This document shows positions 45,826 to 56,098 of a stretch of DNA of 64,000 nucleotides, one piece after another. The notes beneath the pieces are model-generated. The model had not been told where the DNA came from and made no database searches. It saw only the letters and a program-made list of their open reading frames with translations. The stretch is from Oscillospiraceae bacterium. Its GTDB lineage: Bacteria; Bacillota; Clostridia; Oscillospirales; CAG-272. The stretch spans positions 7,520 through 71,519 of the forward strand of contig SVQP01000007.1 of assembly GCA_015065285.1 (NCBI GenBank). Reading direction: 5' to 3'. Every line of letters starts with the position of its first letter. The stretch's first letter is position 1. The position numbers and the translations under genes were made by a program.

Positions 45826-47928
45826 TTATTGCACGTTTGCTTTGCCTGTCACAATGACGGTCTGCAGCGCATCCATGGTGAAGGTGGCGCTCCATATCTG
45901 CTCGTCGACCTGCTCAAAGGTGGCGGACAGGGTCTTTTGCGTAAAGGGATCGTACAAAACGGGGTCGGGCAATTTGCCGCGCAGCGTGACTTGTACGGTC
46001 TGCTCGGACTCCCGGGCATTGACAAACAGGTATCTCTTGCCGCCTGCGCCCGTGGTGCACTTGCAAACCACACCGTTCGTGGGCTGCGAAGCGAAGCAGG
46101 GAAGCGCGTGGGTGGGGAGCTTTTCAAATAATTCCGCCTCGTTTTGGGTCACGGTGGCGAAGCTGTACTTGGAAATGGCGGGGAACATATTGCTTTGTGG
46201 GGAAAGAACGGTCAGCCCCTGATCTGCAAGCTTTTGCAGAACGGCACGTGCGCGATCGCAAAGCTCCATGGGTGGCAGGAGCAGCGCGCTGTAGAGGTAG
46301 CCGGTGGGGGTATTCAGATATCCGTCCGTCATATGGCACTTTTCCAAGTATTCGCAGTCGGTAAAATCAAAGTCGATCTGGCGGTCAAGCAGTCCGTAGA
46401 ACAGGCTGCGCAAGCCGTCTGCACAGGTATTTTCCTCTGCGCAATACGCGCCGTAGGGCTGATCCGAGCCCTTGTGGTGCATCTGGAAGGTCTCGATGGG
46501 GTAGTAGAGCATAATGCCTGCCTGATGTCTGCCCTTTGTGATCGCATCGGCTCTGCCCAGCGCCTCGTTGATCTGCTTGTAAAGTGCGGGCTCTGCCTGC
46601 TGCTCGCTGTAATACGAGGTAAAGATATCTACGCCCAGCGCATACTGCAGGCTCATGGAGGCATACATCTGCATAGGTGTCACGTTTCCGCCCTGCGCGT
46701 GTGCCGAAACCTCACTCATGACGTGCGGCCTGCCGTAAGCGTGCGCAATCGAGGAGACCAGCTTGGGTGTAAAGGCGTCGTTGTGCACCTTCATGGGAAT
46801 CGAGTGCAGCATATCAATGCCGGGGGTGTGCATATGGCGCAAAAGCGAGAAGTAATTTCCCTCAAAAACCGTGTGGTAGCGGATGTCATCCTCAAGCAGG
46901 ATGTGACCCGAGAAGGGCAGACCGTGCGCGCAGCACCAGTTGGAGAGCTGCGCAAAGTAGCTTTGCTCGTAAAGATCCGAGATCAGGCGGTAATAATCGT
47001 ATCTGACCTGCTTTGCCCGGTCGTTCTCGCCAAAGAACAGGTATACAAGGTTGGGGGCGAGCGGATAGCCGTAGCGCGCGGAGAACTGGTTTTCTACGTC
47101 GCGACCAAAGCTGACCACGGGATAGAGCGGCAGCGTGTCGTCATACGCGTCGTGCGCGCGAGGCGGATAGAGTCCGAAATTGATATAGCAGCCCATCAGA
47201 GAGGGCTCGTCGGTGAACATGGCTTCGATCTTGCCGTCTCCCTCTGCCAAGTGGTGCTTGGTGTAGTCGTAGCAGGGCTTGTAGGTGTTGCGAATGAATT
47301 CGCGAACAGCGTCGGGATTGGTTACGTCAATGTAGCGGCGTGCATCACACACGTTGTGCTGCGCGTGTGTGCCCTCGTAAAGGCGCTTTTTGAGAAAGAA
47401 GCAGGCAAGGGCGGGGGCGTCGGAGGGGTTCTCCAGCGTCACGGGCTGCGTCGATTTGCCAAATACGGCGTGCAGGCAGGAAAAATCGGTGATCTTACCC
47501 TCGGCATAGGGGTAGGTGGCGGCGAACATAAAGCATTCGTGTCCGCGCGGCAACTCCCGCGTCACGCTCTCGCCGGGGGCAAGCTCGCAGGTCATCATGG
47601 CAATGCCCAGCGCCTCATAGTCGGGGTCTGCATCCACGGTAAGTCCTCCCGCGCCACCGCTGGGGTAGCCCTTTTCGTCGTACAACCAAACGCGCATACC
47701 CATCTCGCAGGCGGTATCAATGGCAAGCGCCATCTTTCTCCATTCCTCGGGATCGGTGGCGTAGTTTCTCCAGGAAACGTTGGTCACCACGCCGCCAAAG
47801 CCGCGGTCGGCAAGGTATTGCAGGTGGCGGCGCACCGATTCCTTGAGTGCTGCATCGTCAAGATTTGGGTCGTGTACCAGCTCGTGCGTGATCTTGAGCG
47901 GCAGGTGCATGTTATCAATTGCTTTCAT
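45826..47928 (-). CDS. Cytoplasmic GH106/GH42-like glycoside hydrolase
   Basis: GFGGVVTNV, WLYDEKGYPSGGAGG, MFTDEPS, PGIDML; homologous to 1070-4030; GGAGAG RBS before ATG 47928. Confidence 0.72.
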   Translation of the reverse strand: MKAIDNMHLPLKITHELVHDPNLDDAALKESVRRHLQYLADRGFGGVVTNVSWRNYATDPEEWRKMALAIDTACEMGMRVWLYDEKGYPSGGAGGLTVDADPDYEALGIAMMTCELAPGESVTRELPRGHECFMFAATYPYAEGKITDFSCLHAVFGKSTQPVTLENPSDAPALACFFLKKRLYEGTHAQHNVCDARRYIDVTNPDAVREFIRNTYKPCYDYTKHHLAEGDGKIEAMFTDEPSLMGCYINFGLYPPRAHDAYDDTLPLYPVVSFGRDVENQFSARYGYPLAPNLVYLFFGENDRAKQVRYDYYRLISDLYEQSYFAQLSNWCCAHGLPFSGHILLEDDIRYHTVFEGNYFSLLRHMHTPGIDMLHSIPMKVHNDAFTPKLVSSIAHAYGRPHVMSEVSAHAQGGNVTPMQMYASMSLQYALGVDIFTSYYSEQQAEPALYKQINEALGRADAITKGRHQAGIMLYYPIETFQMHHKGSDQPYGAYCAEENTCADGLRSLFYGLLDRQIDFDFTDCEYLEKCHMTDGYLNTPTGYLYSALLLPPMELCDRARAVLQKLADQGLTVLSPQSNMFPAISKYSFATVTQNEAELFEKLPTHALPCFASQPTNGVVCKCTTGAGGKRYLFVNARESEQTVQVTLRGKLPDPVLYDPFTQKTLSATFEQVDEQIWSATFTMDALQTVIVTGKANVQ

Positions 47929-48148
47929 CGCTCTCTCCTTTTTCCTCGTACAGTGCAAGGTCAATCCTGGCAAGCTCCGCGGGGGAGATCCTGCCCTTGG
48001 TTTTTTCATAGTAGGCGATATTGTTGCGCAGCATGAAAAGGAACTGGTTGTTGGGGCTTCTGCCCTCCTTTTCGCTGATCAGGATAAACTTGCGCAGCAT
48101 GTCCTCGGACATGTGCAGTGTGAATTCTTTTTGGTTTTTCTGTGCCAT
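47915..48148 (-). CDS. Arc/ribbon-helix-helix-like DNA-binding protein
   Basis: EFTLHMSEDMLRKF...EGRSPNNQ...IAYYEK pattern. Confidence 0.65.
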   Translation of the reverse strand: MAQKNQKEFTLHMSEDMLRKFILISEKEGRSPNNQFLFMLRNNIAYYEKTKGRISPAELARIDLALYEEKGESDESN

Positions 48149-48155
48149 GCTGTCC

Positions 48156-48677
48156 TCATTTCTCGGTCGGAACCACTACGGTGCCGATGTTGTAGTATTT
48201 CATGATCTTCAGAGCCTTTTGGGTTGCCTCAAAGTACACCACGCACTTCTCGTCGCCCAGCATAAAAATACCGTAGTAAAGGTCGGGCGCCTGCAGCGAG
48301 GACATGCATTGGAAATCTCGCTTGCATTTCTGCGCACTCACGTAAGCCTCGGCAGCCTCGTCGTAAGGGGCGATCTTCTGAAAATCGCGGATGTTGATGG
48401 TAAAAAGCTTCTTTCTGGTCTTGCCACCCCAGATGGTGGTAAAGGTGATCTCGCCTGAAAGGGTGGAGTACTCGTATTCGGGGCAAACAAAGCGCCAGGT
48501 AAAATAGATCAGCGCCCAGTCAAGCAGCGGCAAAAAGGTGATGACCCAGGGAAAGGTGAGAAGAAAGGCGGACAGGTAAGCCACGTTGAATATCACGTAA
48601 AGCGCGATCATCATAAAGCGGCGCCATCTCCACTTGCCCTCGTTTTTTTGTTTGACGATATATTCGTATTGATTCAT
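48156..48677 (-). CDS. Two-TM membrane protein with PH-like C-terminus (DUF6106-like)
   Basis: YEYIVK, two TMs, PEYEYS...I...RKK; GGAGG RBS before ATG 48677. Confidence 0.65.
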   Translation of the reverse strand: MNQYEYIVKQKNEGKWRWRRFMMIALYVIFNVAYLSAFLLTFPWVITFLPLLDWALIYFTWRFVCPEYEYSTLSGEITFTTIWGGKTRKKLFTINIRDFQKIAPYDEAAEAYVSAQKCKRDFQCMSSLQAPDLYYGIFMLGDEKCVVYFEATQKALKIMKYYNIGTVVVPTEK

Positions 48678-48841
48678 GGTGACCTCCACGCATTTTCTGT
48701 TTAAATTATACCATACGGCAGGCGTGATTTCAACCGATTTGTGCGATTTTTTGCGTGAATTCTTGCTGCCCCCTCTTGCAACGCGCGCGTAATTATAGTA
48801 TAATAATTTATAATCAATTAAAGTGTACACGGAGGTGTGAC

Positions 48842-49111
48842 ATGAAAGCAGTAATTACTGTAACCGGTAAGGACAGCATGGGCATTATCGCGGGCGTGGC
48901 AGGCAAGTGCGCAGAGCTCGGCGCCAACATTGTGGATATTTCGCAAAGCGTTCTGCAGGAGTATTTCGCCATGATCATGCTGGCGGATATTGACCATCTG
49001 CAGGTGGATTTCGCGCAGTTTGTAGATGAGCTGGAGGCGTTTGGCAAGGAGAAGGGTCTGAGCGTTCAGACCATGCACGAGGATATTTTCAACACCATGC
49101 ACCATATCTGA
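48842..49111 (+). CDS. ACT domain protein (UPF0237)
   Basis: MKAVITVTGKD..GIIA...NIVDISQ...FAMIM...HEDIFNTMH; GGAGG RBS. Confidence 0.9.
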   Translation: MKAVITVTGKDSMGIIAGVAGKCAELGANIVDISQSVLQEYFAMIMLADIDHLQVDFAQFVDELEAFGKEKGLSVQTMHEDIFNTMHHI

Positions 49112-49126
49112 CGCGAGGGCTTTATC

Positions 49127-50485
49127 ATGATTGAAACCAGAGATATTTTAGAAACCATCAACATGATACGCGAAGAAAATCTGGATATCCGCACGGTCAC
49201 CATGGGCATCTCGCTTTTGGATTGCGTCAGTGACGACGTGGACGTGCTGTGCACGCGTATCTATGATAAGATCACGACCAAGGCTGAGCGCTTGGTCGAG
49301 ACCGGCAATAAAATCGAGAAAAAATACGGTATTCCGATCGTCAACAAGCGTGTCTCGGTCACGCCCGTGTCGCTGATCGGCGGCAGGGCGAATCGCGAGG
49401 GCTACCTTAAGATTGCGCATACGCTGCAAAGAGCGGCAGAGCAGACCGGCATCAACTTTATCGGCGGCTATTCTGCGCTGGTACATAAGGGCATGACGCC
49501 GGGCGAGAGAGAGATGATCGCCTCGATCCCCGAAGCGCTTGCACAAACGCAAATGGTGTGCTCCTCGGTCAACGTGGCGACAACCAAGGCGGGCATCAAT
49601 ATGGATGCCATTGCGCTGATGGGAAAAACCATCAAAGAGGCAGCGTATCTGACGCGTGACAATCAGTCCATCGGCTGTGCAAAGCTGGTGGTGTTTGCCA
49701 ACGTGCCCGAGGATAACCCCTTTATGGCGGGTGCGTTCCACGGAACGGGCGAGCCGGATACGGTCATCAACGTGGGCGTTTCGGGGCCCGGTGTGGTATC
49801 CAGCGCCATTGCAAGAGCAGGGGATTGCGATCTTTCTGCGCTTGCGGACGTGATCAAAAAGACCGCGTTCAAGATCACGCGCGTCGGTCAGCTGGTGGCA
49901 AGCGAGGCATCTGCCGCGCTGGACGTACCCTTTGGCATTGTAGACCTTTCCTTGGCGCCCACGCCTGCCGTGGGTGACTCGGTCGCACATATTCTGGAGG
50001 GCATGGGGCTTGAGAGCACCGGCGCGCACGGCACCACTGCATGCCTTGCCATGCTCAATGATGCGGTCAAAAAGGGCGGTGTCATGGCGTCCTCGCACGT
50101 GGGCGGCTTATCGGGCGCATTTATTCCGGTGTCCGAGGATGCGGGCATGATCGCGGCGGTCGAAAAGGGTGCTTTGTCGATCGAAAAGCTGGAGGCAATG
50201 ACGGCGGTGTGCTCGGTCGGACTTGATATGATTGCAGTGCCGGGAGACACCGATGAAGCGGTGATCTGCGGTGTGATCGCAGATGAAATTTCTATCGGAG
50301 TGGTGAATAATAAGACCACTGCGGTGCGTATTATCCCTGCTTATGGTAAGAAAGTGGGGGATAGCGTTGATTTTGGCGGACTTTTGGGCACAGCTCCCAT
50401 TATGCCGCTGCGCGAGTACTCGCCTGCTAAGTTTATCGGGCGCGGCGGACGCATTCCTGCGCCTATTCATAGTCTGCGTAACTGA
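49127..50485 (+). CDS. PFL-like family protein (UPF0210/DUF711)
   Basis: [41 protein letters not shown]; typical pairing with an ACT gene. Confidence 0.9.
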   Translation: MIETRDILETINMIREENLDIRTVTMGISLLDCVSDDVDVLCTRIYDKITTKAERLVETGNKIEKKYGIPIVNKRVSVTPVSLIGGRANREGYLKIAHTLQRAAEQTGINFIGGYSALVHKGMTPGEREMIASIPEALAQTQMVCSSVNVATTKAGINMDAIALMGKTIKEAAYLTRDNQSIGCAKLVVFANVPEDNPFMAGAFHGTGEPDTVINVGVSGPGVVSSAIARAGDCDLSALADVIKKTAFKITRVGQLVASEASAALDVPFGIVDLSLAPTPAVGDSVAHILEGMGLESTGAHGTTACLAMLNDAVKKGGVMASSHVGGLSGAFIPVSEDAGMIAAVEKGALSIEKLEAMTAVCSVGLDMIAVPGDTDEAVICGVIADEISIGVVNNKTTAVRIIPAYGKKVGDSVDFGGLLGTAPIMPLREYSPAKFIGRGGRIPAPIHSLRN

Positions 50486-50508
50486 TATTTTGATAAAAGG
50501 AGTGTCTT

Positions 50509-50988
50509 ATGAAATTTGAAAAAGACACGGGCGGCATTGACAAAGTGGTGGATGCAGCCACGAAATGCGTTAATACTGCCGATAAAGTGGTGAATATATT
50601 CTCTAAAGCTGACAATGTTGGTCGGAAAGTGGGAGGAATGAAGACGGGCACAAAGGTTGGACTGCTTGTCGGAAGCGCGCTGGCGCTTTCTCTCTTCCCG
50701 TTGCGGCTTGCTTACGACAGCGAAAGCGGCGAGGGCGAATATAAATCCCTTTTGGTGGGCGTCAAGCGTACGCAGCGCCCCGAACGCACCACACAAGGAA
50801 AAACACACAGTGTTTCCTGGGAAATGTTCCCCACCGTGCGTGTAAAACCTTCGGATATTGATCCTTCTGCGCTGCCGCCTGCAAGCAAAAAAGCCCCCAT
50901 CAAGGCAGTGCCCATGCAGGTGCACCACGTGCAAAAGGCAAAGCCGTGCGTGCCGGTAAAGCTGTGTGTACAGGAGGATGAGGCATGA
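50509..50988 (+). CDS. Hypothetical protein
   Basis: AAGGAG RBS; coupled to neighbours; one hydrophobic segment. Confidence 0.65.
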   Translation: MKFEKDTGGIDKVVDAATKCVNTADKVVNIFSKADNVGRKVGGMKTGTKVGLLVGSALALSLFPLRLAYDSESGEGEYKSLLVGVKRTQRPERTTQGKTHSVSWEMFPTVRVKPSDIDPSALPPASKKAPIKAVPMQVHHVQKAKPCVPVKLCVQEDEA

Positions 50989-51542
50989 CGCCCGCACAAA
51001 TCGAACTGACGGGGCAGATCGTCGGCGTCGCGGCAATGGCGCTGATCATTCTTTCGTTCCAATTCAAGCGTCGTTCCATGTATTATATCATGCAAATCAG
51101 CGGCAACGTGCTGTTTGCCGTCAGCTTTTTGCTGCTTGGCAACGTGGCTGCATGCCTGATGAACGCCATCGGCATTGTGCGCGGTATTATTATGATTTTG
51201 CTTGGAAACAAGCGAAAGACCTGGGCACTGGTGCTGATCAACGCATTGTTTGTTGCGGGTACGGTGTTTGCGGGCACGGTCGGAGGCGGCGGTTGGGGCT
51301 GCGTAGTCTCGCTGATCCCTCAGGTTGCGGGCACGTTTTCCATGTGGTATGGATCGGACAACGCCATTCGCTGGATCCAGCTGTGCATCATTTCCCCGTT
51401 GTGGCTGGTCAATAATATCTTTATCTCGCTGTCTTACGGCGGAATTATTTGTGAAGCGTTCTGTATGGTTTCGGCTGCACTTTACCTTATCCGCATGACC
51501 GATTGGAAAAAAATGCGCGAAGGGCTTGCAAAACGGAAGTAA
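50985..51542 (+). CDS. YgjV-like inner membrane protein
   Basis: QIVG...SFQFK...N.IGIVRG...IRW...SPLWL.NN...GII.E pattern. Confidence 0.7.
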   Translation: MTPAQIELTGQIVGVAAMALIILSFQFKRRSMYYIMQISGNVLFAVSFLLLGNVAACLMNAIGIVRGIIMILLGNKRKTWALVLINALFVAGTVFAGTVGGGGWGCVVSLIPQVAGTFSMWYGSDNAIRWIQLCIISPLWLVNNIFISLSYGGIICEAFCMVSAALYLIRMTDWKKMREGLAKRK

Positions 51543-51592
51543 ACGATGTATAATGGTATTCAATACCACGAAAAATCGTAAGGAGAACGAAA

Positions 51593-52246
51593 ATGGAAGC
51601 ACAAAAGTTTCAAGAAATGATCGAGTCGGCTGTAAAAGATGCGGATCTGGTCAGCACCGAGATTCCTTCCATCGATTTGTATCTGGAACAGATTTTGTCG
51701 CTCGTTGCCGATAAAAATAAAGAGGGAAGCGCTACGGCAGACCGTACGCTGACCAAAAATATGATCAACAATTACTCCAAGGACGGGCTGATCACCCCGG
51801 TCAAGGGTAAAAAATATTCCAAGGAGCAGATCGTGCAGATGCTGGTGGTGTATTCACTCAAGAATACGCTGTCCATCGATGAGATCAAGCGCGCCATGCA
51901 GGCAGTATATGCCAAGGAAGATTATTCCGGGCAAAAGCTGATTGAGGCGTATGATCACGCCATGGAGATCAAGCAGTCGCAAAAGCACCGCTGCCCCGAG
52001 ATCGTACAGGAAATGCTGGCGGCAGAGGGACTGGACGTGCAACAGGGCGAGGATTATTTCGTCGCACTTCTGACCGTGGCGTCGCTGTCGGTGTATTTCC
52101 GCAACATCGCCAAGGCAATGCTGGAGGAATATCCGCAGCTGGAGAGCGATGAGGAGAAAAGGCAGCGCGAAAAGGAAGAAAAGCGCGAGAGAAAGGCAAG
52201 AAAAAAGGCGGAGAGCACTGAAGCTGCCGCAAAGGAGCAGGAATGA
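51593..52246 (+). CDS. DUF1836 domain protein
   Basis: IPSIDLYLEQI...LTKNMINNYSKDGLI.PVKGKKYS. Confidence 0.8.
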   Translation: MEAQKFQEMIESAVKDADLVSTEIPSIDLYLEQILSLVADKNKEGSATADRTLTKNMINNYSKDGLITPVKGKKYSKEQIVQMLVVYSLKNTLSIDEIKRAMQAVYAKEDYSGQKLIEAYDHAMEIKQSQKHRCPEIVQEMLAAEGLDVQQGEDYFVALLTVASLSVYFRNIAKAMLEEYPQLESDEEKRQREKEEKRERKARKKAESTEAAAKEQE

Positions 52247-52623
52247 AGCCGGTCAATGAACTCACAACTCCCGCACTGGCGTATCTGGGTGACGCGGTCA
52301 TCGAGCTGTACGTGCGCGAGCGATTGGTTGCAGCGGGGTATTCCACCTCTGCGTCTTTGAATCAGAAATCGTTGGATTTTGTCCGCGCAGGCGCGCAGGC
52401 AGAAGCAATGCAAAAAATTCTGCCGCTTCTGAGCCAAGAGGAAATGGGCGTGTTCCGCCGAGGCAGAAATATGGGGCATGGAAACGTGCCCAAGGGCGCA
52501 ACGGTTGCGCAGTACAGAGCCGCTACCGGCATGGAGGTCTTGGCAGGGTATCTGCACGTGCTTGGCAGAGAGCAAAGACTTTATGAGCTGCTGGATGCGG
52601 GCTATGCACAGGAAGATATATAA
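52243..52623 (+). CDS. mrnC: Mini-ribonuclease III
   Basis: LAYLGDAVIELYVR, AQA, RRGRN, YRAATGMEVLAGYL. Confidence 0.9.
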   Translation: MKPVNELTTPALAYLGDAVIELYVRERLVAAGYSTSASLNQKSLDFVRAGAQAEAMQKILPLLSQEEMGVFRRGRNMGHGNVPKGATVAQYRAATGMEVLAGYLHVLGREQRLYELLDAGYAQEDI

Positions 52624-52645
52624 TAAAGGAAAGGATCAGATAGAA

Positions 52646-53146
52646 ATGAGCAATCCAAAGGTTATTTTGCATATTAAGGAATACGGTGATATCACCGTAG
52701 AGTTGTATCCCGATAAGGCGCCCGAAACGGTTGCCAACTTTGTTGGGCTGGTAAGTGAGGGCTTTTATTCGGGCCTGATCTTCCATCGCGTCATCCGCGG
52801 ATTCATGATCCAGGGCGGCGGCATGGATGAGGGCTTTAATCAGAAGCCCGCAAAGTCGATCAAGGGAGAGTTCCGTTCCAACGGCTTTGCGCAGAACGAT
52901 CTGCACCACGCCAAGGGCGTAATTTCCATGGCAAGAACGCAGGTCAAGAACTCGGCTTCCTCTCAGTTCTTTATCATGCACGCAGATGCAGGATATCTGG
53001 ACGGTGAGTATGCCGCATTCGGCGCTGTTGTCGAGGGAATCGAGGTCGTGGACGCCATTGCCGCAACCAAGACCCGCAGCGTGGGCTGGTATGATGACGT
53101 GCCGGTCTCTCCCATCGTCATTGAAAGCGCAGAGGTTATTGCCTGA
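52646..53146 (+). CDS. Cyclophilin-type peptidyl-prolyl isomerase
   Basis: APETVANF, FHRVIRGFMIQGG, ISMAR, SQFFI, LDGEYAAFG. Confidence 0.93.
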   Translation: MSNPKVILHIKEYGDITVELYPDKAPETVANFVGLVSEGFYSGLIFHRVIRGFMIQGGGMDEGFNQKPAKSIKGEFRSNGFAQNDLHHAKGVISMARTQVKNSASSQFFIMHADAGYLDGEYAAFGAVVEGIEVVDAIAATKTRSVGWYDDVPVSPIVIESAEVIA

Positions 53147-53159
53147 ACGCAATGAAAAC

Positions 53160-53192
53160 GCCCCGCAGGGTAGTCTTGCGGGGCATTCTTTT
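53160..53192 (+). terminator. Terminator
   Basis: GCCCCGCAGG-gtagt-CTTGCGGGGC then ATTCTTTT. Confidence 0.75.
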
Positions 53193-53253
53193 CGCTTTTG
53201 GCACTTTTCATAAAAATAATGTGGAAAAATTGTAGAAAAATTTCAAAAAACTA

Positions 53254-53283
53254 TTGACAAGCCCTTGCATTTGGTGGTATAAT
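53254..53283 (+). promoter_or_regulatory. Sigma-A promoter of the rpmG-secE-nusG operon
   Basis: TTGACA-18 bp-TATAAT with upstream A-rich element. Confidence 0.7.
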
Positions 53284-53434
53284 AGCCGTACCTCTGCAAA
53301 AGGGCTTTTTTATTGCGCCCATTTTGCGCCGCCCGAAAGGGCAATGGACGCTTCCGTTTTCAGAGGGAGGTACACGGGTTTTTTCGTGTATAACGGAAAA
53401 AACCAAATAAATTTTAATGGGAGGTGCCGAACAA

Positions 53435-53596
53435 ATGGCTAATGACGTAAGAGTCAAGGTAACTCTGGCATGCACCGAGTGCAAGCAGAGAAACTACAAC
53501 ACCAAGAAGAACAAGAAGAACGACCCTGACAGACTCGAGCTCAAGAAGTACTGCAAATTCTGCCGCAAGCACACTCTTCACAGAGAAACAAAGTAA
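53435..53596 (+). CDS. rpmG: 50S ribosomal protein L33 (Zn-ribbon C+ form)
   Basis: Translated by hand: [53 protein letters not shown]; GGAGG RBS; below the ORF-track cutoff. Confidence 0.95.
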   Translation: MANDVRVKVTLACTECKQRNYNTKKNKKNDPDRLELKKYCKFCRKHTLHRETK

Positions 53597-53612
53597 TCTG
53601 GGGGGAGAGATA

Positions 53613-54215
53613 ATGACTGCTTTTAACACAAGAAGAAACCTCTTAGCTCTTTTGCTTGCAGTTGTTCTCGCTTGCTCTCTGTTCACCGTAGGCGTTTTCG
53701 CAGGTGAGGAATCCACCACCACCGCCGCAGAGGAAACTACCACTGCAGCAGAGGAAACCACTACCGAAGCAGAGACCACTGAGGGTGAAACTACCGAGGC
53801 AGGATCTACCGAAGGAACCACCGCACAGGGTACTACCGAAAAGGAGTCTGAAGAGACTACCGAAGAGGATCCCTGGTATGTATCTATGTGGCTCGACAAT
53901 AACAACAAGCTGAACGTACCCAAGATTATCGTTTGGGCGCTGGTTGTTCTCGGTCTGATCGCAGGCGTTGTATTCTGCATTATCAAGAGAGAAAAGGTTG
54001 GCGAATTCCTGCGCGCTCTGAAGAGCGAGAACAAGAGAATCGTATGGAGCTCTTGGAAGGACACCCGCAAGAACACTCTGGTTGTTCTGGCTGTGGTTAT
54101 CGCAATCACTCTGATCATCGCACTGTTCAACTTTGCACTTGAGATGATTCTGGGTGGATCTAAGGCAAGCTTCGGAACAAGCCTGCTTGACCTGATCGTA
54201 TCTCTTTTCAAGTAA
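53613..54215 (+). CDS. secE: Preprotein translocase subunit SecE with long N-terminal extension
   Basis: EFLRALKSENKRIVWSSWKDTRKNTLVVL core; position between rpmG and nusG. Confidence 0.88.
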   Translation: MTAFNTRRNLLALLLAVVLACSLFTVGVFAGEESTTTAAEETTTAAEETTTEAETTEGETTEAGSTEGTTAQGTTEKESEETTEEDPWYVSMWLDNNNKLNVPKIIVWALVVLGLIAGVVFCIIKREKVGEFLRALKSENKRIVWSSWKDTRKNTLVVLAVVIAITLIIALFNFALEMILGGSKASFGTSLLDLIVSLFK

Positions 54216-54231
54216 GCGGCGGTATTGAGCG

Positions 54232-54774
54232 ATGAGCGATATCGATGCTATGAACGTTGGCCCAAGATGGTATGTGGCGCACACCTATTCGGGTTACGAA
54301 AACAAAGTTAAGACCAGCCTTGAAAAAATCGTTGAAAACCGCGGCTTGGGAGATCTGATTTTTGATGTCAGAGTTCCTGTAGAAACCGTCGTGGAAAAGA
54401 GCGGAAGCGAAGAAAAGATCACCGAGGTCAAGATCTTCCCCAGCTACGTGCTGATCAAAATGGTCATGACCGATGAATCCTGGCACGCTGTCCGCAACAT
54501 CACCGGAGTCACCGGCTTTGTCGGACCCGGATCCCGTCCTACTCCTCTGACCCCTGAAGAGGTCGAGGCGCTGAACATTGAAGAGGTCAAGGTAAAGCTG
54601 TCCTTCAACGTAGGCGACACAGTAGAGGTTGTCAACGGCCTGTTCGAAGGCTACAGTGGCGTTGTCCAGTCTATCTCGGACGACCTGAAAAACGTTACGG
54701 TACTCGTTAAGAGAGGTCGCCGTGACATGCCTGTCGAGCTTGATGCATCCATGATCAAGCCGGCAAATCAGTGA
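54232..54774 (+). CDS. nusG: Transcription termination/antitermination factor NusG
   Basis: WYVAHTYSGYENKVK, FPSYVLIKM, VRNITGVTGFVG, KOW domain. Confidence 0.95.
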   Translation: MSDIDAMNVGPRWYVAHTYSGYENKVKTSLEKIVENRGLGDLIFDVRVPVETVVEKSGSEEKITEVKIFPSYVLIKMVMTDESWHAVRNITGVTGFVGPGSRPTPLTPEEVEALNIEEVKVKLSFNVGDTVEVVNGLFEGYSGVVQSISDDLKNVTVLVKRGRRDMPVELDASMIKPANQ

Positions 54775-54816
54775 TCCGATCAAGGATCAAAGCTGTCCTA
54801 TGATAGGGCAGGAACA

Positions 54817-54860
54817 GTGGGAGGGAGAAAAATTCTGCAATTCTCCCGCACAAGTACCAC
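54817..54860 (+). promoter_or_regulatory. Putative L1-binding leader of rplK-rplA
   Basis: GTGGGAGG...TACCAC hairpin just upstream of the rplK RBS, the usual Firmicute L1 autoregulatory site. Confidence 0.6.
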
Positions 54861-54879
54861 ATATGGAGGTTAAGTAAAA

Positions 54880-55305
54880 ATGGCAAAGAAAGTATTAGGG
54901 TATATCAAGTTGCAGCTGCCCGCAGGTAAGGCTACTCCTCAGCCTCCCGTAGGTCCCGCTCTGGGTCAGTACGGTGTTGCAATTCCCGTATTTACAAAAG
55001 AGTTCAACGAAAGAACCAAGAATGACATCGGTCTGACGATCCCCGTTGTTATTACCGTATATGCAGACCGTTCCTTCACCTTTATCACCAAGACTCCTCC
55101 CGCACCCGTTCTGATCAAGAAGGCTTGCGGTCTGGAATCCGGTTCGGCTAAGCCCAACAAGGATAAGGTTGCAAAGATCACCAAGGAACAGGTCAGAAAG
55201 ATCGCAGAGACCAAGATGCCCGACCTGAACGCTGCTGACATCGAAGCTGCTATGAGCATGATCGCCGGCACCGCACGCAGCATGGGCGTTGTGGTTGAAG
55301 ACTAA
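54880..55305 (+). CDS. rplK: 50S ribosomal protein L11
   Basis: [36 protein letters not shown]. Confidence 0.97.
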   Translation: MAKKVLGYIKLQLPAGKATPQPPVGPALGQYGVAIPVFTKEFNERTKNDIGLTIPVVITVYADRSFTFITKTPPAPVLIKKACGLESGSAKPNKDKVAKITKEQVRKIAETKMPDLNAADIEAAMSMIAGTARSMGVVVED

Positions 55306-55322
55306 GAAGGAGGTATGGCGTA

Positions 55323-56018
55323 ATGGCAAAGATGGGTAAAAAGTATTCCGATAGCGTAAAGCTGATCGAGAAGTCCAAGTTGTATGATACCGCAGAAGCT
55401 CTTGCATTGGTATGCCAGACTTCCAAGGCAAAGTTTGACGAGACTGTAGAAGTACACGTTCGTCTGGGTGTTGACTCCCGTCACGCTGACCAGCAGGTCA
55501 GAGGTGCAGTAGTTCTGCCCAACGGTACCGGTAAGACCGTAAGAACCCTGGTATTCGCTAAGGGTGACAACGTTCAGGCTGCTATTGATGCAGGCGCTGA
55601 TTACGTTGGCGGCGCTGAGTACGCTGAAAAGATCCAGAAGGAAAACTGGTTTGATTTTGACGTTGTAATCGCATCTCCCGATATGATGGGCGTTATCGGC
55701 CGTCTGGGTAAGGTTCTGGGTCCTAAGGGCCTGATGCCTTCTCCTAAGGCAGGCACCGTTACCCCTGACGTAGCTCGCGCAGTTCGCGAGGCTAAGGCCG
55801 GTAAGATCGAGTACCGTCTTGACAAGACCAACATCATCCACTGCCCCATTGGCAAGGCATCCTTCGGCGCTGAGAAGCTGCAGGAGAACTTTGACACTCT
55901 GCTGGGTGCCATTATCAAGGCAAAGCCCGCAGCAGCAAAGGGTCAGTATATCAAGAGCTGTGTTGTGGCTTCCACCATGGGCCCCGGCATCAAGATCAAC
56001 GGCGCAAAGCTGAGCTGA
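55323..56018 (+). CDS. rplA: 50S ribosomal protein L1
   Basis: [38 protein letters not shown]. Confidence 0.97.
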   Translation: MAKMGKKYSDSVKLIEKSKLYDTAEALALVCQTSKAKFDETVEVHVRLGVDSRHADQQVRGAVVLPNGTGKTVRTLVFAKGDNVQAAIDAGADYVGGAEYAEKIQKENWFDFDVVIASPDMMGVIGRLGKVLGPKGLMPSPKAGTVTPDVARAVREAKAGKIEYRLDKTNIIHCPIGKASFGAEKLQENFDTLLGAIIKAKPAAAKGQYIKSCVVASTMGPGIKINGAKLS

Positions 56019-56035
56019 TTTTAGCTTTTGGATAG

Positions 56036-56072
56036 AAAAAACGCACGATGCATTTGCATCGTGCGTTTTTTT
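56036..56072 (+). terminator. rplA terminator
   Basis: AAAAAACGCACGATGC-attt-GCATCGTGCGTTTTTTT. Confidence 0.9.
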
Positions 56073-56098
56073 GTTTACTTCATAACATTTTTTCATCC

